Positions 53,406 to 64,000 of a stretch of 64,000 bases of DNA are shown piece by piece. Made by a program: the position numbers and the translations under genes. The DNA is from Lobosporangium transversale. Taxonomy: Eukaryota. Below the pieces are notes generated by a model. That model did no database searches. It was given only the letters and a program-made list of their open reading frames with translations, and was not told the origin of the DNA. The stretch lies in contig NW_019028989.1 in NCBI RefSeq assembly GCF_002105155.1, positions 620,001 to 684,000 on the forward strand, read 5' to 3'. The stretch's first letter is position 1; each line of letters opens with the position of its first letter.

Positions 53406-56171
53406 ATGGACCCCTTGACGATAAAATACATCTTACCATACTCGCTAAATTTTAATCCACATCAGTCGGTAGCCCCCTATCCCATTCCTAAGGAGATACC
53501 CGACCCTTTTACTACGGCTTTCACATTCAACGCGTTCCGTGAATTTTGGAGCCAAGAAAGACTTGCGTACCAATGGGCAGAGTGTTCGGAAAAGAACTCT
53601 CGATTCATTCTTGCCCACAAAGAGAATCTGGATAAACCACTTCCTACGCACAGTAAGGCATATCCTGGCCGCGGTCGTCCACGTGAATTCGATTGGACAA
53701 TCAAGTACGTCTGTTGGCGCCAAGGTCCGAAAGAAGAGTTGACCATTCACCGGGAATCAGTTGGTAATAAATGTCCGGTCTATATCAGGATTTAAAAACC
53801 TGTTGAGCAAGACCAGGTCATGGTGGAGTATTATAGACATCACAACCATGAAACTTCAACAAAGTCTAGGGTCGCTCTTCCTCTGAGCCCTAACGAGCGC
53901 AACTGGATGAAGCCAATGGTCTCCAGCAGCCATGACTGGAAATATATCAAGAATGAATTGAGGCCAAGTGAAGAAGCTCTTCAGGTAATGGTCGTCCAAG
54001 CATGTATTAAATATTTTTGCATTTACTTAGGCAATGACTAATATCCCATGACTTACAGGTTGAGGCAGAGACGAAAAGTGTCCCTCCAAGCTTCCTTATC
54101 ACTTACAACGATGCACGCGCAACGATTTATCGTAAACAGATAAAGGAATTTACAAGAGGTGATAGCATTGTTACCAGTGTTGAGGGATGGATGAAGGAAA
54201 TTCAAGCAAACGGGGGTAAAGGATGGTTTGCTAATGAAATTGGTGTCAACGACCCACAAAGCTATTTGATTGCCTGGTGTACGAAGTTCCAATTGGAGGT
54301 AAGGATTGCTCAGATCCGATATGATCCAACTGGCGTTAACGTTACTTACCGTCCTCGTTTCTGTCTTCAACAGGTCGCAAAGGACAATAGCTTGATAGCC
54401 TGCATGGACTCTACACGGAGAGTCGCTATGTCTCTGAGAGAAGATAAGGATAAAAAGAGCAATAAGGGAAAGGGCAAAAAGGTAGGCTCGTTCCCATCCC
54501 TCTTCACTTTATAAAGGTGACAGGAAATTCCATTTCCTTTTTGAGTCACCTAAAGTGAAGGGGCTGGGAACGAGCCTAGCAAAAAGGATAGAAGTTCTTC
54601 AGCCTGCCTGTTTACGATCCTTGTCAAGGATCGAGTTTTGAGAAAATGCGTTCCAGTTGCCCATATGCTATGCAGCTCAGAGTCATCGTATGTTTGAGCA
54701 TAGTCTAGCAACGATGTGAAGATGGTGCTTATCAAACTGAGACCATTGTATTATGTTCAACAACAGGTTCCTCATAAAGAGATGGTTATCATGGCTCAGA
54801 ACCGAGTGCGGTTTCAAGATGTCAAAGTTCATGGTAGACTGTTCTGTGACACAGAGTGAGGCCATTCAAGAGGTATTCCCTTCCGCATCAGTTTACTTCT
54901 GCCACTTTCATGTGTAGAAGTTATGGGAAGACCGCATGAGGGATGTGTTCAAGGTAAGATATATCATGTTAATGCTCAATCAAGATACCTTTGGCGATAA
55001 TAACATTTTAATGCGACTCCATACTCTTTAGGAGCGATACTGGGTTTGCTTAAAGAAATGCGCATTACAGGGTCTGACGAAAAGTTAATGACATCTGGAA
55101 AGGTATCAAGGACCAATTTTATGATCCGAGCAATGACAAAACAAGCCTCTTCTTTAACTATATGGAAAAGAACTGGATCGCGAAAGAGAAGAGACCAAGA
55201 TGGGTGCTTTTCGTGAGAGAGGTAAGATAAAGCACCAGTAAACGGCGGTATTAAATGACTTCTTCGACGAATTTCAATATCCGACATCCTAATACACCTA
55301 ATAGGACTACCAGCACGTAAATACAAACAACCTTCTGGAGTCTTGGTTCAACGCTTTGGAGACACATGCACTGGAAGGGAAGCGCGGTTTACGAATTGAT
55401 TTACTCATATATAAATTGCAGGGACCCATTGACCAGGACTTCAGGACACAGTATTTCAAGGTCAAAAATGGAATACAACTCGCAACGCTTTCACAGTACG
55501 ACCAAGAAAGACTGGCGAGAGCAATGGCAGTAAGTACCGTGGAGGCAAGGGCCATGGTATGCGAGAAGTTAGTCGAGAAAGAAGTATGTGTCGAAAATCG
55601 ATAATATCAAAAGTTTGATTGTATATGGATAGGCTCTAATCTCTTTCGTTCTTCAAAGTTCGCGGTAAAGTCGTCCGAAGAATCTGGAGTAGAGTATTCC
55701 GTTGCCGCGGATGTAGAGAGGGGCCTCCTTCAGTCATGTTCAAGCCCCGACTATGTCCGACAGAAGATCCCTTGCAAACACATGTGTTTAGTGTCAAGGA
55801 TTTACGACGGCTTCGATGTTCAATATGCCGCTGCTCCTTCGCACTTTGAACATCAGAACAGGCACTTAGAGTTCGACTTAGGGCCTCCTCTCGAGAGCTT
55901 TATCTCACCAGTTTTACTGCGTGAAGAAAAGAAGAGAAAAAGAGAAGAAGTCACCACCCAAGCGTTTGAAGAGTGTGAAGAAGAGCTTATGGTCCAGTGG
56001 AAGGAGCTGGGCCGTATAGTATATAATAGGCAGAAAAGAAAGTGCACATTGAAGGATATGCAAGACTCAATAGCAGAGCTGAGGAATGTAATCCGTACAA
56101 TGACAGCGGGTGTTCAAGCACCTGAACAAATTGACGATCCCTTTGTTTTGGGCCAAGATTGCGCTACACCC
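53406..56171 (+). pseudogene. MULE (Mutator) DDE transposase with FAR1/WRKY-type DNA-binding zinc finger and SWIM finger, disabled
   Basis: YVCWRQG...KCPVYIRI*...YYRHHNH; ACMDST (D 54407); LFTILVKD...VPVAHMLCS; FMVDCS (D 54837); FCHFHV*; TNNLLESW (E 55338); SWIM-like QSCSSPD....PCKH. Stops at 53793-53795 and ~54916-54918, plus a nested insertion. Confidence 0.88.
54483..54578. mobile_element. 96-bp MITE nested in the transposase
   Basis: TIRs TAGGCTCGTTCCCATCCCTCTTCACTTTA / TAAAGTGAAGGGGCTGGGAACGAGCCTA. Perfect 9-bp TSD GCAAAAAGG (54474-54482, 54579-54587). Removing the element plus one TSD (105 nt) restores the transposase frame KGKGKKDRSSSACLFTILVKD. Confidence 0.9.
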
Positions 56172-56182
56172 GTTTTAAAGAG

Positions 56183-56194
56183 TGACGTCACGTG
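56183..56194. promoter_or_regulatory. Overlapping CRE (TGACGTCA) and E-box (CACGTG) motifs; candidate displaced promoter elements of the WD40 gene
   Basis: Exact motifs 4 bp outside the right TSD. Before the insertion they would lie ~50-60 bp upstream of the WD40 ATG (48968). Confidence 0.35.
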
Positions 56195-56666
56195 AACCGC
56201 GATCAAAGTCCTCAGCAAACTTGACAGCCGGCCCACATCCAATCATTCTGGCTTTCTTTCCCCTTACTGACAACTGATTTTATGTCCATAAGAGGCGGGA
56301 GCAGGATCCCTATTAGACAAATTGAAGAAAAGTGGCTGAACTTTGTGATGTAGTCATGTATTACTACCCACTACGCCCAGTTGGTTCAAACACTGTGGAT
56401 CTATATTATCTTGCCACCAATTTGGTTTATCAATCAAACATCTTTATATGCTCAATGCGATCCAGGAACAACCGTCCTCAACTTCAACTTCGGGTGCTTA
56501 ATTACTTCACACAGCACATTCATTTCATTTCTTGGCTACTGAAGATTTTTTTAAACTCCTATTTATTTCTTTAATGTATTTCCTTTTACTAACATACTTT
56601 ACAAAACTAATCAAGACCGTACACAAACATCTTTTCCCTCCGAGTTCTTTGCTTGCAGAATCAGAT

Positions 56667-59600
56667 TTACTCTTCATCATCAGAGTACTTGGCATTTGAG
56701 GATTTACCTTGGCCAGAAGAACTAGAGCTGTTGCTGCCTCCCACAGGGTTGTATCCAGGTCGTCCTGGTGTCGCTGAACCACTGCCTTGTCCACCAGATG
56801 AGTAATCCATCGGCGAGAATGACGTCGCGCTAGGAGAGTAACTTGGAGAATAACTTGGACTCGCTGGTGAATAGCTCGGGCTCGTAGGTGAGTAGCTAGG
56901 ACTTGTTGGCGAATACGAAGGCGACGTTGGGGAATAGCTCGGGCTCGTGGGCGAGTAGCTTGGTGACGTGGGTGAATACGAAGGTGATGTAGGAGAATAC
57001 GAAGGCGACGTAGGAGAATACGAGGGCGAAGTAGGAGAATACGAAGGCGATGTAGGAGAATACGAAGGTGATGTAGGAGAGTATGAAGGTGATGTGGGTG
57101 AATACGATGGCGACGTAGGCGAATATGATGGCGATGTAGGTGAGTACGATGGCGATGTTGGAGAGTATGAAGGTGATGTAGGAGAGTAAGCCGGCGATGT
57201 CGCTCCATAGCCGTGGCTCGTAGGGGAGTAGCTCGGGCTCGTAGGCGAATAGCTTGGAGATGTGGGTGAGTAACTTGGTGATGTTGGCGAATAAGACGGC
57301 GATGTAGGTGAGTAAGATGGCGACGTAGGAGAATATGAGGGTGATGTCGGCGAGTAAGAAGGCGAGGTAGGTGAGTACGATGGGGACGTAGGGGAATATG
57401 ATGGGGATGTAGGGGAATAGTTGGGTGATGTAGGGCTATAGCTGGGTGATGTGGGGCTATACCCAGGACTTGTTGCATACATTGGCGAACTGGGTGAATA
57501 GCCAGGCGAAGCTGGGGAGTATCCAGGACTGGTCGCGCCAAACGGGCTTGCTGCATCCCATGTACCTGCTCCCATCGGAGAACTTGCTCCAGAATTGCCC
57601 ATTGGCGAGAACACCGCATCCATTGGCGATCCTGGGTGTGAAAAGTCCACATACTGCGGTGACCGTCCATCGTATGGTGTCATCTGTGATGCTAAATTAT
57701 CACTGTTCATACCCATGCCCATATTCACACCCATCATGCCTGGACGTGGTCCTTCAACAACAGTACTGAGCATCTTCTCATCCAGCATTAGATCAAATTC
57801 ACCCGTGCCCAAAGGTGCCAACTGACCTAACATGATATTTTCAGCAACACCACGGCAGTCATCCAGCTCTCCTACTGCTGCAGCCTCCATCAAAATTTCA
57901 ACAGTCTCCTCAAAAGAACAGCGCATCAGTGCACCCGTCTCAGCACGATTGATACCATGACGTGTGATGGCCATCAAGTGGCCACGGTGCGTCATCACAT
58001 CACACAGCAACGACAAGTGGCGATAGTTGACATAAGAACCATCAAACTCGATAACTCCGCGCAACTCTTTCAACAATGCCTGACGTGCCGCCTCGATACC
58101 TAGTACGGCCATCACTTCTCCACAGTTGTTCGAGTATGTACGTGTGGCATCGACGTCCTCCTCGCACATGACCGCCTTCAGATTCGATCCACTTGTTTCT
58201 AGGTACCATTCCTTCTGAGAGTCGAACGTTCCATCTGATTTGATGTATGTCTTCTTCTTCTCCACCATGTAAACGCGTGCAATATTCTTGATGCCACGCA
58301 GGCTGATTGAACTAAGCAAACTGTTCTCAATCTTCTTTAAAAACACATCTTCCTCGTCTTGTACGTCGGGCTGCTTGTCCGCTGCTTCCTCATTGATAAT
58401 ACGGCAGCGAATGATCAACCTCTCAGCGTTGTCATCTGAACAAATACACATCAAATCACGTTGAAAGTCCTCTGATATCTTGTTCGAGACATCCGCCATT
58501 GTCAGCTTCTTATCAAGCATCATCTTACGGTCCAACTCAATACGAAGCAACCAAGGTGATGTCCTGGATAAATTCAGATCCTCATCGGGCATCGCATAGT
58601 ATGCAGATACAAAGTCCTGATCCTCTTCAATATTAGTGTTCTCGGGATCAGGATCATAATGAATCTCAGTCGCCGACGTAACTTTCTTCAAGTTAGTGTA
58701 CTCCAAAGCAACCTGCACCTGCTTAGCACGCTCCATGTTACGAGCACATTCTGGTGTCAGATAGACGTTCAGCGAAGGCGTCTTGATGTTCGTCGCCACA
58801 TTGATAATCTCTTTCAAACGAGGAACACCAAGTGTCACATTCTTCGACGACACTCCAGCATAATGGAACGTGTTGAGCGTCATCTGCGTTGCAGGCTCTC
58901 CAATCGATTGTGCTGCAACCGTTCCAACCATCTCACCAGGATTGACAATTGCATGTGCAAAACGCGAACCAATCTCACCTACAACCCAATCAAATGCTTC
59001 ACGAGTCAAATGGAACTCTTCAATCACCCTACGCACCGCCAATGTCGATCGGATCAACATACGGAACAACAATGTTGCGTTATCTTGAGCCTCTACACTG
59101 ATACGGTCCGTGCCGCGTACCACTATAAGCTGCTTCTCCAAATTCTTAACACTCTCCAAAATGTGGCGGGGATCAAGGTCACTTGGTCGCTTATGATCTA
59201 CGTGAAACATTTGTTTCGAGTTCCAAATGTATCGCTTGATGTTAGTGGGAAGGGGCCACGAGTCATCGCCTTCGGTGAAGATGTAGTTGCGCAGAAGATG
59301 GCGGTCGGCCTCAAGCTGCCTGAATTCCTGCTCCAATAGTGTCTGCATGTCAGGTTCACCACGCTTCACTGACTCTATATCTGCCTCCTCCATTGCCTTG
59401 ATCACAGAGTAATCTAAAGCACCCGGCTTGAAGCCTTTAGCTTTATCTGTAAGATCAATCTGAAACTTCTTCTCAAACTGTGCGTTCGACATCTTCACGG
59501 TGTCAATGCGCTGCTTCTCAACGTGGCAAGCATCCATACCGTCCTCGCCGTAACAGAATTGAACCACGTGCCCGAGAGAGTTTCTCACAGTGCCATCATA

Positions 59601-62600
59601 CTTGACCATCACATCCTCCAAAGCTTTGACGAGACGACGCTGGATATAGCCAGTCTCGGCAGTCTTAACAGCGGTATCAATTAAACCTTTAAATTGCAAG
59701 AGAAATAAAGCAATCGAAATGTATCATAACGTTGATTATTACGCTCACTAACATTAGTACCGTTTATATAATATATGTGATCCGGTCTTTGATCCTTACC
59801 TTCACGACCTCCCATGGCATGGAAAAAGAATTCCTGAGGAGTAAGACCTCGGAGATATGAATTCTCGACAAATCCACGGCTCTCAGGTGAGTGGTCGTCT
59901 TTTGTAAAATGAGGTAATGTGCGGTACTTGAAACCGAAAGGAATACGCTTTCCTTCCACGTTTTGTTGACCCACACAGGCTGTCATTTGCGAAACGTTGA
60001 TGAACGAACCCTTCGATCCTGAGATAACCATCTGTTTGACATTGTTATCCTCGCGCAAACTCTGTTGCGCCATCTTACCAGCATCATCACGGGCTGTGTT
60101 CAATGCTCTGTTGACATTTGACTCGAATGTCTCACGCAGTGTCATACCAGGTTTGCACTCTAGCTTATCCTGTTGTGCTTGAATAATCAAATCACTCACA
60201 TTCGTAGTTGCATTGTTGATAATTGAAGTAATTGTCATGACAGTGTTACGATCAGCGACTGTATCTCCAATACCAATGCTGAATCCGTGATGAAGAAGCC
60301 AGTAATTTACAACTGTTTGGCATCCATTGAAAAATGTTTTCGCAATTTCAGGCCCATGCTGATTCATAATAACATGGATCAGTCCACCTCCAGATGTACC
60401 AACGGTCTTCTTGCAAATAATACCACAGATCAGCTCGCCATTCTCGACAATTACTTTGGTATCCCCAGGTGAAATATCGCTTTCCTCATTATCAGGGTGG
60501 GTCGAATGAAATGTAATACAATTGATACCCTTAGGGATAATCATGCTCACTAATTGTTTTCCAGTCCATAGCGGCTTAGGTTTCAGGATAGCAGGCGTCG
60601 GCAAAAAGCCCTCCCAGCCAGGAACCCACATCACCAGATTCATCACCATCTCCTTGGTCAGAAAACAATCGCGCTTTGTAAACTTGCGGATACCGCACAA
60701 AGTATCTTGTACGATACCCATGACTGGTTTGTTGGATTGTGGTGATACAATTTGGCGAGGGACCATGCAAATCTCTGTGATCTCAGCTCGAGTCTCTACT
60801 GACTGGGGCACATGCAAATTCATCTCGTCTCCGTCGAAATCGGCATTATATGGAGATGTAACAGACAAATTCAAGCGAAATGTCGAGTAAGGCATAACAC
60901 GAATCCTGTGGCCCATCATAGACATTTTGTGCAACGAAGGCTGTCGGTTGAAAATGACCACATCGCCGTCATTGATATGGCGCTCAACCTTCCATCCAAG
61001 CTGGAGAGGTACTTCGCGCTTGTTCCACCGCAAATCAATACGTTGCCCATCGTCGCGAATCACATATACTGCGCCAGGATGTTCCGTCGGACCATTTCTC
61101 ACCAACTCCTGCAATTTGTCAATGTTGTAAGGCGTGACCAGCTCTGGAAATGTGAGCGTTCGGGCAATACTGCGCGGAACACCAACCTCATCAATCGATA
61201 GGTTAGGATCTCCTGTAATGACCGTACGTGCCGAGAAATCCACACGTTTACCCATCAAATTCCCACGCAAACGACCTTCTTTGCCCTTCAGACGTGCACG
61301 GATTGATTTCAACTATGTATAATCAACCAGAAGAAGAGAAAAAAAAAAAAAAAAAAAAAAAAAGATGTCAGTTATGGATATGCCCGCAATATTCGGACTT
61401 AATAATCTTGAGATAACGTCATAAGTTATCCTTACAGGTCGTCCATTTTTATGCGCGGCTGCTGGCTGGCCAGCAATATCATTGTCCATGTATGTTGCCA
61501 CATGATATTGAAGCAGTTGTTCGTGCTGCTGAATCAAATGAGCCGGTGTTCCATCTTGCGCACATCGATAAACATCAGCATTAGTCTTAATAATGGCGAA
61601 CAGTTTGTGAGTCAGATCATCCTCTCCTGTACTTGATCCATCCATCTGAATACTAGGACGAACTGCTAGAGGAGGAATGGGCAGGACCGTCATGATCATC
61701 CACTCTGGCCGAGCAAATTCTGGTGACAATCCCATCGCCTCAATATCCTCGTCAGAGATACGTTTGAGAATATGATAAGCATCGCTGGGTGATAATGTGC
61801 GCTTGCCTTCGGGTTGTGAGTCATCGTTGGCATTGGCCTTAAAATTAACGCTCAGTCCCAGACCTTCTTTGCGGAAGATGGGCTGACGATGCCCACATCC
61901 TCCATGTGACTTTTTCTTTGGCTGTGGGTTTCCATGCTCATCAATTTCCATTTCGTTGCCCATCTCACCGTCAATTTCATCGCCGCCCTCGCAGACCATT
62001 TTTGTTTTAGCCAACTCCCACACAGCTTTCAATCGGACCTTAGGATCTCTGATTCGACGTGCGCGAACAAACTTGCTATTGTTCTATAAAGATGATGCAA
62101 TTATCCAGTAGATGCGATTGGCACTTTGTCATTGAGTGTCTTTTTTTTTTTTTTTTTTTTTTTTTTGTTTTTGTTTTTCTCTGTAGAGAGTTTATGTGGA
62201 AAAAAAAAAAAAAAAAAAAAAAATACTAAACGACCAAATCCTTACATCGTCCACTTTGAGTTTTGAGCAGGAGTAGCATACACACTCAAGGATCTTTTTG
62301 ACTTTTGTGAGGAAGCCTAGAAAGTTTAAACAGATATAGATCAGATTATAGATAATAAATGGATAATAAAGATTAACAATAGTAATTAAAAATAATAAAT
62401 AATAAATTACAGTAACAAATAGTAAATAAATAAATGATAATAGTAGAAATGCTGTTTGATTAGAGCCAATTAAGTGTACCGTTGAGATAGACAGGCTTAG
62501 CAAGCTCAATGTGCCCAAAGTGGCCAGGACACTCAGCCATGCCTTCAGAGCAAGTTTGGCACTTGAAGTTTCGGTTAATAGTTCCCATTCTAGGGTCATG

Positions 62601-62880
62601 CAGGCCACCAATCTTAGGTCTCTTAGTGGCTTCGTCGATCAGTTCTGCATGCTCAATCTTGGCCACTGACATATTTTTCTATATTAAAAGAAAAAAAGAA
62701 ATGTGAGAAACCGATAAGCATTTATTAATATTGCTTTACTTTACGGGAAGCAGCGATAATACATCTTGTTTCTCTTTTCATCATGAAACGTACAATTTCC
62801 TCAGGTGAAAGGATGCCAAACTGTACGCAGTCCACACGCCGCAGCGGTGCTGATGAATATGCGAAACGTGTATTACTCAT
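56667..62880 (-). CDS. RPB1: RNA polymerase II largest subunit, multi-exon
   Basis: [29 protein letters not shown] start, [33 protein letters not shown], catalytic [24 protein letters not shown], and a C-terminal YSPTSPS heptad array. Confidence 0.99.
56853..57461 (-). repeat. RPB1 CTD coding repeat: ~29 tandem heptads (21-nt unit), interrupted once by [14 protein letters not shown]
   Basis: 12 heptads (57461-57210), YGATSPA, then 16 heptads to 56853; a few degenerate heptads precede the array. Confidence 0.92.
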
Positions 62881-63037
62881 GATAGAGAAGGACAGATGAC
62901 AGATGACAGAGCAAAGAGAGAATCAGATGGGAAAACTCCTGTCTTTATAGCTATTCTCCACTTTCTGCTGCGCATACGTAAAAATAAATCTTGGTGACGT
63001 ACGTAGCTGCGTGTCTAGAGCTTGAGCGCTAGCTAAC

Positions 63038-63097
63038 ACCTCAGCTAACACTTTTTTTTTGTTAAATGCACCTCAGCTAATACTTTTTTTTTTTTTT
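63038..63097. repeat. Short tandem duplication CACCTCAGCTAAYAC(T)n upstream of RPB1
   Basis: Two copies of cacctcagctaa(c/t)actttttttt about 31 bp apart. Confidence 0.7.
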
Positions 63098-64000
63098 AAC
63101 ACTTTGTACCCTCACTCACGTTTCCAGCAGACGCCTAACGTTCTCACCCAATGCACCTCTTTTCCTCATTTTCCGATTACATGTCTAACGACCTAATTCA
63201 ATTCTATTGAAGTCCTCTCTTTTTTCTAGTCATTAAACCTTACAGCAGTAGACAAGTTTGTGAGTGATCCTTTCCCAAGCTTGTATTCATCACTAGGCTC
63301 AGAACCTTAAGAGGCTTCACCACCTTTACACGCATTACATGAGTCCTACATTGTCATAAAAAATTTACATTATATAACACATAAAAAATAATAAATAATT
63401 AAAGGATCTTTATTTTTCAGTGGGTGTCCATGAATTTGTACCTTGACCGCCCTTCAAACCTAGTCTTTAGGCAATTTGGCTGACTTAGTAGGATAGGTAG
63501 TTGATTTTCTGCTGCACTCAAGCCGAGGCTGTCTGAGTCTTTATCTCTTTCTTGCTCTCTCTTCATAGGCAGTATACAATCGACTCACCATGTTGACTAT
63601 GGCCGATCAGAATCTAGGAGAATAACAGGAAGATATTGGTACTAATATTTATTGACTCTCCTTGCTGCAATAGACATTTCATTTTATCTCGCACATTTGA
63701 ACTTCTTTTCACTCTGTCGTTGCTATCGTCCATAATTTCACCTGCTTTGTGCCTCCTTTCCCCTTCACGGCGGCCTTCCTCTGCCTCCTCCTCTCCTGCT
63801 TCGCTCTCTTCTCATTCTCTTCTTCTCTCTTTTTCTCCACTTCTTCCTTCCTAGCCAATATTTATCTTAAATGATCAAAATCATTTGATATGTAAACGGA
63901 TTATTCAGTAGGCGGCGGTCGTGTCCATTTTCTATAGTTTAGTTCCTTATGAAACTTGTAAGACTTCACTTCATTTATCCCTGGCCTTTCTGATTCCACG

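Larger units (their letters stand above)
49015..56171. mobile_element. Mutator-like (MULE/MuDR) DNA transposon carrying a PIN-Fanzor gene and a transposase
   Basis: Left TIR GAGTACAGCACAATCTTGGCCC (49015-49036) versus reverse complement of right TIR GGGTGTAGCGCAATCTTGGCCC (56150-56171): 18/22 identical. Flanked by direct repeat GTTTTAAA (49007-49014 and 56172-56179). Internal MULE transposase. Confidence 0.88.

Noticed and set aside
49015..56171. RIP-like mutation as the cause of element decay
   Set aside because: Only a few stops, with frameshifts as well, and no obvious AT enrichment. It cannot be assessed without other copies.
56853..57461. 21-nt tandem array as a possible CRISPR-like array
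   Set aside because: No spacers; it encodes YSPTSPS heptads.
56525..57670. 381-aa His/Arg/Leu-rich ORF (-) and GEYEGDV-repeat ORF 56968-57189 (+)
   Set aside because: Alternative-frame and antisense shadows of the RPB1 CTD repeats.

Overview
Eukaryotic, intron-containing fungal DNA. Gene content, short GT-AG introns and long poly-A/T tracts suggest an early-diverging fungus, probably Mortierellaceae (inference only). Host genes: a PH/LRR protein, a multi-Myb protein, EFG1, a PA-domain subtilisin, CDC7, a class III-like eIF4E, MGS1/WRNIP1, a ~2370-aa hydrophobic repeat protein, an LRWD1/ORCA-like WD40 protein, RPB1, two disordered proteins and a decayed RING-H2 pseudogene. The main find is a ~7.16-kb Mutator-like (MULE) transposon at 49015-56171 with 22-bp imperfect TIRs and a target-site duplication. 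It carries two divergent genes: a MULE DDE/SWIM transposase (+) and a ~1140-aa protein (-) in which an XPG/FEN1-type PIN nuclease is spliced in frame to a Fanzor/TnpB-type RuvC-zinc-finger nuclease. A structured omega-RNA-like segment ends exactly at the element terminus, so its putative guide would be the sequence just upstream of the WD40 gene start. Both element genes are disabled in this copy, and a 96-bp MITE is nested in the transposase. All family calls rest on motif recognition, not database searches.
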